From Chromatiales bacterium (GTDB lineage Bacteria; Pseudomonadota; Gammaproteobacteria; Chromatiales; Chromatiaceae), in NCBI GenBank assembly GCA_024762485.1, contig JANTHH010000001.1, positions 1-48,966 on the forward strand: a stretch of 48,966 nucleotides of DNA, given 5' to 3'. The notes beneath the pieces are model-generated. The model saw only the letters and a program-made list of their open reading frames with translations. It had not been told where the DNA came from and did no database searches. Of the stretch, positions 8,490-15,633 are shown piece after piece (the stretch's first letter is position 1; the number at the start of each line of letters is the position of its first letter). The translations under genes and the position numbers were made by a program.

Positions 8490-8671
8490 CTCGTGGACTC
8501 CTTGCCCGGGCTATTGCTTCAAACTGTGACCTGATTCTATATCTTGCAATTGCCAGACCCTAGCACTTTAACTACTTGAAATCTCCAATCCGGCGACTGG
8601 GAAATGTCGTCAATACAGATGCCTGCAGCGACCGATGGATACCATTTCGGGCGCTAACTGCAGACACCAAA

Positions 8672-8700
8672 TAAAAAAGACCCCGCCAGATGGCAGGGTC
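8672..8700 (-). terminator. Rho-independent terminator after the lipoprotein gene
   Basis: Minus-strand RNA reads GACCCUGCC-AUCU-GGCGGGGUC: a 9-bp stem including one G.U pair, followed by UUUUUUAU. It lies 32 nt downstream of the stop at 8732. Confidence 0.72.
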
Positions 8701-8731
8701 TCCTATTACGTACCGCAGTGATGTCAGGCGA

Positions 8732-9814
8732 TCAACCCGCCGACATGACACCCAGTTTTTTCAGCGTCTCAAGGGTCAGCTGACCGACAGCCAGCCCGTT
8801 CTTGCGCTGATAGGCCTTGACGGCAGCCATGGTCTGGCGACCAACGATGCCATCGATCGGACCGGGGTCGAAACCGTCATCCTTCAATGCCACCTGTAGT
8901 CGCTTCACCACGTCCTTGGTGGTATTGGTTTCACAGAGGATTGGGCGCCACTCAAGCTCGCCCTCGCTGACCAGCTGGCGTTCCTTAATGGTGCGATACT
9001 CCGCCGGGATATCAAATTGCTGCTCGCTGGCATCCTTGACCATCTTGCGCACCCTGATGGTCTTGTATTCCGCCGGAACCACCTCGGTAGCCGTCTTGGC
9101 AGACTCGACCACCACGCGCTTGCGCACGACCTTGTACTCGGCCGGAATGGCCACCTTGCGGACACCGGCCGGCTTGACCAGTACACGCTTGGCAACGTTC
9201 TTGTACTCGGCCGGGACCTCCACCAGACACATGATCTCGCCGGTGGCATCATCGATTTTCTCGATCGGACCGCGACCCTTCTTCCAGGTGGTATAGGCAT
9301 CGCGCACGAGCACCTTCTCGTACTCGGTCTCATACACCGCGGGCTCCTCGATCAGCTTGCTGGAGGCCTCCTTGACCAGCACGCGCTCTTCCACCCAGTC
9401 GTATTTCGCCGGGATGACCTTGAGCACTTCGGTGGGCTCCTTCACCAGCACCTTCTCTTCTACCCATTCATAGACGGCGGGCACCGTCTGGATACGCTTG
9501 CCGGCCTCCTTCACCAGGACGGTTTTCTCGATATCCTTATATTGTGCAGGCGCGAATACCCGGGCATAACACTCGCCGGGCTGTGCCTTCGGCGGCAACA
9601 GGTTGTTCCCCGCATCACCCTCACCCGCAGACTGTGCATCACGGGTGGACATCTCACCCCTGAGGCCTTGCAGCGATTGCTTCAGACTTGCGTTCTCCCG
9701 CTCCGTTTCCTTCAAGCGCATTTCCAGATCATCACGTGACTGCATACCGCTACAGCCCGACAGACCAATGATCGCGGCGCTCGCCAACAATCCAAATACT
9801 ATTCTTTTGTTCAT
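8732..9814 (-). CDS. Lipoprotein with eight 23-aa tandem repeats and a C-terminal PG_binding_1-type peptidoglycan-binding domain
   Basis: Starts at ATG 9812-9814 (MNKRIVFGLLASAAIIGLSGC) with lipobox LSGC and a GGAGAG RBS. The repeats follow [VI]PA.Y..V...VLVK.A. The C-terminus (VVKRLQVALKDDGFDPGPIDGIVGRQTMAAVKAYQRKNGL) is a typical PG_binding_1 motif. Confidence 0.85.
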   Translation of the reverse strand: MNKRIVFGLLASAAIIGLSGCSGMQSRDDLEMRLKETERENASLKQSLQGLRGEMSTRDAQSAGEGDAGNNLLPPKAQPGECYARVFAPAQYKDIEKTVLVKEAGKRIQTVPAVYEWVEEKVLVKEPTEVLKVIPAKYDWVEERVLVKEASSKLIEEPAVYETEYEKVLVRDAYTTWKKGRGPIEKIDDATGEIMCLVEVPAEYKNVAKRVLVKPAGVRKVAIPAEYKVVRKRVVVESAKTATEVVPAEYKTIRVRKMVKDASEQQFDIPAEYRTIKERQLVSEGELEWRPILCETNTTKDVVKRLQVALKDDGFDPGPIDGIVGRQTMAAVKAYQRKNGLAVGQLTLETLKKLGVMSAG

Positions 9815-10033
9815 CGGATCCTCTCCAAATTTTATGAACGTCTTTCCGAACCCGTAACTCAGCCACCCTGTCTGCTCAGCCCGACAGCCCCTGCTCGAAT
9901 CACCCTCGCCATCTGTCACGACCAATCAATCAGACGCTTGGTATTTCACTTTGTTTTCAACAACTAAGCGCATTACCCGGAACATCTGACCGACGACTGA
10001 CCGCACCTGAAAACCGTGAGTCGACCAACTATC

Positions 10034-10050
10034 AGCAAGGGCAGTGCCAA
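10034..10050 (-). promoter_or_regulatory. Sigma-54 (RpoN) -24/-12 promoter
   Basis: The minus strand reads TTGGCAC-TGCCC-TTGCT, which matches TGGCAC-N5-TTGCW exactly. It is oriented toward the lipoprotein gene, whose ATG is at 9814 (~210-nt leader). Confidence 0.7.
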
Positions 10051-10130
10051 GTTTTCGAACCCAGGTCGAATGCAATGAGGATCACCGGCCTGTATGGGCG
10101 TCTGGGTGGATGAAAGGAAAGGGTGATGCG

Positions 10131-10150
10131 GCGCACGCGCACTCGTGCGC
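10131..10150. promoter_or_regulatory. Inverted repeat GCGCACG-N6-CGTGCGC (candidate activator-binding site or weak terminator)
   Basis: Perfect 7-bp arms centred ~93 bp upstream of the -24 element and ~55 nt downstream of the Hpt stop. No U-tract follows on the minus strand. Confidence 0.3.
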
Positions 10151-10199
10151 ACAGGCTGGTGGTGGGCCGGGATAAATCAGTGGAGTGAAGGATCGCCGG

Positions 10200-10526
10200 T
10201 CAGGTGGGGGAGCCGGTGTCCTCGGGAGGGATGATCTCTATCGATGCGAGATGTTGATCGAGCCGCTGCAGCTGTTGATCGATCACCGCATCGTCCGACG
10301 CCTGCGCGGCCTGCTCCAGGGCAAGACCGATGGCTGACAGGTGATCAAAACCATAGCTGCCCGCGACACCCTTGAGGTTGTGAGCCAGCTGCCACAGGCG
10401 TCGATGGTCCCGGGCCTTCGCGGCAGCACGAATCACGTCGAGTTCCCGGCGGCGGTTCTCAAGGAAGGCCGGCACCAAGTCAGCGATGCCGGCCGCGATC
10501 CTTATCCGGTGAGGCTGCCCGCTCAC
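10200..10526 (-). CDS. Stand-alone histidine phosphotransfer (Hpt) protein
   Basis: 108 aa with the Hpt signature AHNLKGVAGSYGF. Its GTG start overlaps the stop of the upstream activator gene (GTGA). Confidence 0.8.
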   Translation of the reverse strand: MSGQPHRIRIAAGIADLVPAFLENRRRELDVIRAAAKARDHRRLWQLAHNLKGVAGSYGFDHLSAIGLALEQAAQASDDAVIDQQLQRLDQHLASIEIIPPEDTGSPT

Positions 10527-11893
10527 TGGCCGGCCGACTCGGCCTCGGCCCGGAAGCTCGCCGCATCCAGACCATGGCGCCCCAGCAGCTTGTAGAATTC
10601 GGTGCGATTACGCCCGGCCATGCGCGCGGCAGTACTGACATTGCCATTGGTGGTGCGCAACAGACCGACCAGGTAGCGGTGTTCGAAGGCATGCTTCGCC
10701 TCGTCGAGCGACTGCACCTCACCCACCTGGTCCGCCAGGGCCTCGACGACCAGCTGGTCGGGGATCACCTCGGAGGTGCTCAGCACCACGCAGCGTTCAA
10801 CCAGGTTGCGCAGCTGCCGCACGTTGCCCGGCAGGGCGGCCTGCAGCAGGTACTCCTGCCCCTTGGGGGAGAAGCGCCGTCGCGCCGAGGGCTTTGTCCC
10901 CGCCAGGGACGCGAGGAAATGCTCGATCAGCAAGGGGATGTCTTCCCGGCGATCACGCAGCGGGGGTATCAGCAGCGGCACCACGTTCAGCCGGTAGTAC
11001 AGGTCTTCGCGGAATTCATGGCTGCACACCATGGACAACAGGTCATGGTGGGTGGCGGAGATGATCCGCACATCGACAGGCACCGCCTTCAGCGCACCCA
11101 CCGGGCGCACCTGGAAATCCTGCAGCACCCTCAGCAGCTTGGCCTGCAGGTTGGCGGGCATGTCGCCGATCTCATCCAGGAACAGGGTGCCCTTGTCCGC
11201 CGCCTGAAACAGGCCGACATGGCGGCTGTTTGCGCCAGTGAACGCACCCTTCTCATGGCCGAACAACTCGGACTCAAGCAGGTGTTCCGGCATGGCACTG
11301 CAGTTGATGCTGACAAAAGGTCCCTGGCGACGCGGGCTGGCCCTGTGGATCGCCTTGGCCAGCTCCTCCTTGCCGGTACCGGTCTCTCCGCTCAGCAGCA
11401 GCGTGGTATCGCCCATCGCCACCAGACGGGCCCGCTCCACCAGCTCCACCATGGCCGCGGAGCGGTAGACCAGCCCCTCACCGAAGGCCTGGACGGCCGC
11501 ACCCTGCTTGCCTCCGGCACGCTGCAGTGCGCGCTCCACCGCAGCGACCAGGTCCGGCTCCCGAATGGGCTTGGTGATGAAATCCGATACCCCCAGGTGT
11601 GCCGCCTGGATGGCATCACGCACCTCTGCCTGGCCGCTGATCAGGATCACCGGCAACACCGCATCCAGCTGGTGGATGGCCGACAACAGGCGCATGCCAT
11701 CGAGTTCTTCCATCATCAGGTCGCTGACCACCAGATCCGGGCGGCGCCGCTCCATCACCGCCAGTGCCTGACGCCCGCCAGCAGCGGCCGTCACCTGCAT
11801 GCCGGCGAGTTGCAGCCAGCGTTGCGTCAGCGCCAGATGATCGGGGTCATCGTCGACGACAAGGATGTGGGCGCCTTTGGCATGGTCGGACAT
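10523..11893 (-). CDS. Sigma-54-dependent response regulator (REC - AAA+ - Fis-type HTH), NtrC/LuxO class
   Basis: Receiver ILVVDDDPD...VVSDLMM...ITKP. Walker A GETGTGKE, GAFTGA loop, Walker B LFLDEIGDM. The C-terminal HTH is NVSTAARMAGRNRTEFYKLL. I preferred the ATG at 11893 (AGGAAA RBS) over the TTG at 11917. Confidence 0.93.
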   Translation of the reverse strand: MSDHAKGAHILVVDDDPDHLALTQRWLQLAGMQVTAAAGGRQALAVMERRRPDLVVSDLMMEELDGMRLLSAIHQLDAVLPVILISGQAEVRDAIQAAHLGVSDFITKPIREPDLVAAVERALQRAGGKQGAAVQAFGEGLVYRSAAMVELVERARLVAMGDTTLLLSGETGTGKEELAKAIHRASPRRQGPFVSINCSAMPEHLLESELFGHEKGAFTGANSRHVGLFQAADKGTLFLDEIGDMPANLQAKLLRVLQDFQVRPVGALKAVPVDVRIISATHHDLLSMVCSHEFREDLYYRLNVVPLLIPPLRDRREDIPLLIEHFLASLAGTKPSARRRFSPKGQEYLLQAALPGNVRQLRNLVERCVVLSTSEVIPDQLVVEALADQVGEVQSLDEAKHAFEHRYLVGLLRTTNGNVSTAARMAGRNRTEFYKLLGRHGLDAASFRAEAESAGQ

Positions 11894-11920
11894 CGTGGGG
11901 TTTCCTGGCCTGTTCAAGGA

Positions 11921-11948
11921 AAAACTGTCGTGACCAGACGACAGTTTT
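11921..11948. repeat. Perfect 11-bp inverted repeat AAAACTGTCGT-N6-ACGACAGTTTT in the divergent intergenic region
   Basis: Read directly from the sequence. It lies 28 nt upstream of the activator ATG and ~150-175 nt upstream of the plus-strand sigma-54-like promoter. Confidence 0.5.
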
Positions 11949-12095
11949 TAAATTTCGCGCAGCATGCAATTGCTCGTGCCTGCGGCCCGATCAATCACCT
12001 GAACACCATGCCCCAACAAAACACGACACACAACACCCTGTTACACATAGCTTTTTCGAAGATCAATGACATACGAACCCGCATCCCATGATAAT

Positions 12096-12110
12096 TGGCA
12101 CGCAATTCGC
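12096..12110 (+). promoter_or_regulatory. Near-consensus sigma-54 promoter upstream of the MscS-family gene
   Basis: TGGCAC-GCAAT-TCGC has correct GG/GC spacing and one mismatch in the -12 box (TCGC instead of TTGC). It lies ~70 nt upstream of the ATG at 12180. Confidence 0.45.
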
Positions 12111-12179
12111 TGTTGGGACATGTGGCATGCAAACATCTCTGAACACGTTACCAACCAACTAACAACGAGGATCAATGAA

Positions 12180-13010
12180 ATGGACATCGCAGGATTTGAC
12201 ATCAACCACCTTATAGACATCTACCTGATTCCCTGGGGCATCAAAATCGTCACCGCCCTGGCGGTCTTCATCATCGGCCGCTGGATCGCCAAGAAGCTGG
12301 TCAGCGTGCTGAAGAAGGTCATGGCCAAGGGCTCCGTTGACGAGATGCTGAGCGCCTTCATCGGCAACATCGTCTATGCCCTGCTGCTGGTGGTGATCGT
12401 GCTGGCCGCGCTGGAACAGCTCGGCGTCAACACCACCTCGGCACTGGCCATACTCGGTGCTGCCGGCCTGGCCGTCGGTCTGGCACTGCAGAGTTCGCTG
12501 TCCAACTTCGCCGCCGGCGTCATGCTGATCATGTTCCGCCCCTTCCAGAAGGGTGACTTCGTCGAGGCCGCCGGACAGAGTGGTGTGGTCGAGGAGGTGC
12601 AGATCTTCAATACCACCATGAAGACCGGCGACAACCGCCAGATCATCATCCCCAACGGTCAGATCTACGGCGGCACCATCGTCAACTATTCCGCCAAGGA
12701 TACCCGTCGCATCGACCTGGTGATCGGCATCGGCTATGACGACGACATCGCCAAGGCCAAGGAAATCCTTGCCGACCTGATGGTGCAGGAGAACCGCATC
12801 CTCGCCGACCCGGCACCCGCCATCGCACTGGGCGAACTGGGCGACAGCAGCGTCAACTTCAATGTACGCCCCTGGGTCGCCTCGGGCGACTACTGGCCGG
12901 TGCGCGGTGACCTGCTGGAGCGGATCAAGCTCGCCTTCGATGCGGCCGGCATCTCGATCCCCTACCCGCAGCAGGATGTGCACATGTACGAAGAGAAAAA
13001 GATTGCCTGA
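12180..13010 (+). CDS. Small-conductance mechanosensitive channel, MscS family
   Basis: 276 aa from the ATG at 12180 (RBS GAGGA). Three TM helices are followed by the MscS beta-domain pattern (FRPFQKGDFVE...GVVEEVQIFNTTMKTGDNRQIIIPNGQI). Confidence 0.9.
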   Translation: MDIAGFDINHLIDIYLIPWGIKIVTALAVFIIGRWIAKKLVSVLKKVMAKGSVDEMLSAFIGNIVYALLLVVIVLAALEQLGVNTTSALAILGAAGLAVGLALQSSLSNFAAGVMLIMFRPFQKGDFVEAAGQSGVVEEVQIFNTTMKTGDNRQIIIPNGQIYGGTIVNYSAKDTRRIDLVIGIGYDDDIAKAKEILADLMVQENRILADPAPAIALGELGDSSVNFNVRPWVASGDYWPVRGDLLERIKLAFDAAGISIPYPQQDVHMYEEKKIA

Positions 13011-13038
13011 TCGCTCCTGACAGGCAGGGCATAAGGCC

Positions 13039-13087
13039 GGCCAGGTCACCTCGGCGCAAACGAGGTGACCTGGCCTTTTCTTTTTTT
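13039..13087 (+). terminator. Rho-independent terminator
   Basis: 15-bp perfect stem GGCCAGGTCACCTCG / CGAGGTGACCTGGCC with a 7-nt loop, followed by TTTTCTTTTTTT. Confidence 0.88.
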
Positions 13088-13129
13088 ACGGCGCCGCTGC
13101 GTTGGCCTGGCGGTTAAACTGGCAGCCAA

Positions 13130-14401
13130 ATGAATGAACTGATGCAGCAGATACTCCAGTGGGTGCAGGCCCATCCGGTATGGGCCGGCGCGGTGGTCTG
13201 CCTGATTGCCTTTGCCGAGTCGGTGGCGATCATCGGCATCCTGGTACCCGGCGTGGTGATCCTGTTCGGGGTCGGCGCGCTGATCGCCGTCGGCGCGCTG
13301 GACTTCTGGACCATGTGCGCCTGGGCGGTGGCCGGCGCGGTGGCCGGCGATGGCCTCAGCTTCTGGCTGGGCCGTCATTATCACCAGCAACTGCAGCATC
13401 TCTGGCCCTTCTCGCGCCACCCGCAGATGCTGCATAAAGGCATCGCGTTTTTCCATCGCAATGGCGGCGTGAGCGTGGTGATCGGCCGCTTTTTCGGCCC
13501 GGTGCGTGCCACCATCCCCTTTGTCGCCGGCATGCTGGAGATGAAACCCAGCCATTTCCTCGCCGCCAACGTCGGCTCCGCCCTGCTGTGGGCGCCGGCC
13601 TATCTGCTGCCGGGAATGGCGCTGGGCGCCTCACTGGAGGCCGCCTCGGCGGTGGCGCTGCGCCTGGTGATCCTGCTGCTGGGTCTGCTCGGCAGTGTCT
13701 GGCTGCTGGAACGCAGCCTGCGCTGGATCGGCCGACGCCTGGGACGGGGCATCGCCTGGGGACTGCTGCTGGTGCTGCTGGGACTGCCCATCATGCTCGG
13801 CGGCGGCCAGACGCTGAACCGTCTCTGGCATGCGCTCGAGGGACCGCCCGAAACCGGCGAACTGGCCATGGACACGCACCAGTGGTGGCGCTCGGGCTGG
13901 CAAGACCTGCCGGCACGACGCCAGGGACTGGCCGGCAACGCCGAGACCCTGAATCTCCAGTACGGCGGTGAGCTGGCGCGACTGCAGTCCCTGTTAAAGG
14001 CGCGCGGCTGGCAGACCGCCAGCCGGCCTGGCGTGGCGGAGGTGACCCGCTGGCTGTCTCCCGAGGCGCCGCTGAGCGAACTGCCGGTGTTGCCGCGCCT
14101 GCATGGCAACCGCTTCGAGCACCTGATCCTGGTTCGCAATCAGGGCACACAACGGGAGGTGCTGCGAATCTGGCCGGCGGGCCGGCTCAGCGATGGCGTT
14201 CCGCTATGGCTTGGCTCGGTGCACTGGCAGGCCCGCCAGTACCGGCTGTGGACGCTGTTCAGTTACGCCGTGGCCCGCAATAGTGAAGAGGCGGTGCGCC
14301 GGCTGTGGGAGGAACTGGTGGACGCCCCGCTGTGGCTGCGCCGGGTCGATGGCCGGCTGCTGCTGCGCCAGCCAGCCGGGTCCACCATCAGCCGGGAGTG
14401 A
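13130..14401 (+). CDS. DedA-family membrane protein fused to a C-terminal LssY-like domain
   Basis: The N-terminus has the DedA/SNARE-associated pattern (AFAESVAIIGILVPG...GRHY...GRFFGPVRATIPFVAG). A ~200-aa extra C-terminal domain follows further TM helices. Confidence 0.75.
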   Translation: MNELMQQILQWVQAHPVWAGAVVCLIAFAESVAIIGILVPGVVILFGVGALIAVGALDFWTMCAWAVAGAVAGDGLSFWLGRHYHQQLQHLWPFSRHPQMLHKGIAFFHRNGGVSVVIGRFFGPVRATIPFVAGMLEMKPSHFLAANVGSALLWAPAYLLPGMALGASLEAASAVALRLVILLLGLLGSVWLLERSLRWIGRRLGRGIAWGLLLVLLGLPIMLGGGQTLNRLWHALEGPPETGELAMDTHQWWRSGWQDLPARRQGLAGNAETLNLQYGGELARLQSLLKARGWQTASRPGVAEVTRWLSPEAPLSELPVLPRLHGNRFEHLILVRNQGTQREVLRIWPAGRLSDGVPLWLGSVHWQARQYRLWTLFSYAVARNSEEAVRRLWEELVDAPLWLRRVDGRLLLRQPAGSTISRE

Positions 14402-15020
14402 ATCGCCCCGTCGCCAGGTATGTGCAGACCGCCTGCGCCACCGGCCGGGCGAACAGCATCGAAAAGTGGCTGTAGGGTACAACCAGGTGATCCGTGATCG
14501 CCGGGTCCTCGGTCTCTGACACCGCCACGGTGCCGTCATGGGGACGCGGCAGCTGCCTGCCCGCCAGCAGCTTGCCGATACCGATGCCACGGTTGCCTGC
14601 GATCATCCCCAGCTCGCGCCCCGGGGGGCAGCGTGGCGCGTCGCCCAGCAGTCCCTGCTCGCAGGAACGTCCCAGCAGCCAGCGTGACCAGCGATGGCGC
14701 CACACACGCTGCGCCACCACCGAGCCACGCAGCGGCGAGCCCAGCATCAGCACCCGCCCCGGGCGGGCCGGGTACTGCTGTGCAAACAGGTGGCAGAGCA
14801 CGATCCCGCCCAGGCTGTGGGCCACCAGGTGGACGATGTCCGCGTCCAGTGCGTCGAGGAACCTTGCCAGCGCCAGTGCGTTTTCCCGTGGCGAATGGCG
14901 CAGCGAGGGATAGTGGAACTGCACGGTCTGGTAGCCGCAGGCGGCGACGCGACGGCGCAGCGGCGTCAGTTCCAGCCCGGTCATCCAGACACCATGTATG
15001 AAGACCACCGACTCGCGCAT
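14388..15020 (-). CDS. Alpha/beta-fold hydrolase (lipase/esterase-like)
   Basis: 210 aa with the pattern VVFIHGVWMTG and nucleophile elbow AHSLGG. Confidence 0.72.
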   Translation of the reverse strand: MRESVVFIHGVWMTGLELTPLRRRVAACGYQTVQFHYPSLRHSPRENALALARFLDALDADIVHLVAHSLGGIVLCHLFAQQYPARPGRVLMLGSPLRGSVVAQRVWRHRWSRWLLGRSCEQGLLGDAPRCPPGRELGMIAGNRGIGIGKLLAGRQLPRPHDGTVAVSETEDPAITDHLVVPYSHFSMLFARPVAQAVCTYLATGRFTPG

Positions 15021-15035
15021 GATGACCTGTCGTCC

Positions 15036-15632
15036 TCAGGACGGGACGGCGTGCAGTGCCTCGAGCTGGCGCGCCACCTGCGCCAGCCGCTGCAACGGAT
15101 CGGACTGCTCGAGCAGCACCTGGCGCTGGCTCGGCTTGAGCAGCAGTTCCGCCAGGCGGAAGGCCACCCAGTCGGCATCGTCAGGCTGCTGCGGCAGGTC
15201 CCGGTAGGGTTCGAGGGTCGGTAGCACCCCGCTCAGCCAGGCCGCCTGCTCGCGATACTTTGCCGGCAATGGCTGCGGCGGAGATTCAGACAGCAGTTCG
15301 ATGGTGGCCGTGGTCAGCTGATCCGCACGCACCGTCTTCTCGAGCACGCGAAAGCGTTGCTGGCCGATGGCGGTGATGCTCAGCAGACCATCCTCGCCAC
15401 GGTCCCAGTCGGTGATGCGTGCCAGGGTGCCCACGTCGTGGCAACGCGCCGCCTCGCCGGTCTCACCACCCTGGGTGATCAGCACCACACCGAAGGGGCT
15501 GTCGTTGCGCAGGCAATCGCTGACCATGGAGAGGTAGCGCGGCTCGAAGATGCGCAGCGGCAGCGGCCCACCGGGGAACAGCACCAGATGCAGCGGGAAC
15601 AGCGGCACCTGCCGGGATTGCACCGCACCCAT
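15036..15632 (-). CDS. LON N-terminal (LON substrate-binding) domain protein
   Basis: VPLFPLHLVLFPGGPLPLRIFEPRYLSM is the characteristic LON_substr_bdg opening. The ATG at 15630-15632 lies 1 nt after the ubiX stop. Confidence 0.8.
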   Translation of the reverse strand: MGAVQSRQVPLFPLHLVLFPGGPLPLRIFEPRYLSMVSDCLRNDSPFGVVLITQGGETGEAARCHDVGTLARITDWDRGEDGLLSITAIGQQRFRVLEKTVRADQLTTATIELLSESPPQPLPAKYREQAAWLSGVLPTLEPYRDLPQQPDDADWVAFRLAELLLKPSQRQVLLEQSDPLQRLAQVARQLEALHAVPS

Positions 15633-15633
15633 G

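Noticed and set aside
8542-8557. Near-palindrome TCTTGCAATTGCCAGA in the promoter region of the GTPase operon. The core octamer GCAATTGC recurs at 11966-11973 in the activator/mscS intergenic region.
   Set aside because: A third exact copy lies inside the rsmD coding sequence (24938-24945). Recurrence of the octamer therefore cannot be distinguished from chance without a genome-wide count. I kept it only as a note.
9017-9739. A 240-aa plus-strand ORF with internally repetitive sequence.
   Set aside because: It is antisense to the repeat region of the lipoprotein gene, and its periodicity mirrors the 69-nt coding repeats. It has no RBS, signal peptide or motif support.
9815-9925. A TTG-initiated 37-codon extension of the lipoprotein ORF.
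   Set aside because: The ATG at 9814 has a GGAGAG RBS and is followed immediately by a textbook lipoprotein signal peptide and lipobox. The extension would bury the signal peptide.
10052-10062. TTCGAA-containing motifs near both sigma-54-type promoters (TTTTCGAACCC at 10052-10062; TTTTTCGAAG...CGAACCC at 12052-12080).
   Set aside because: The position and orientation relative to the -24 box differ between the two promoters. The shared strings are short, so this is insufficient to call a common operator.
11966-11985. The minus strand reads AGGCAC-N6-TTGCA, facing the activator gene (possible autoregulatory sigma-54 promoter).
   Set aside because: The spacer is one nucleotide too long and the -24 box lacks the leading TGG. 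Sigma-54 promoters are very spacing-sensitive.
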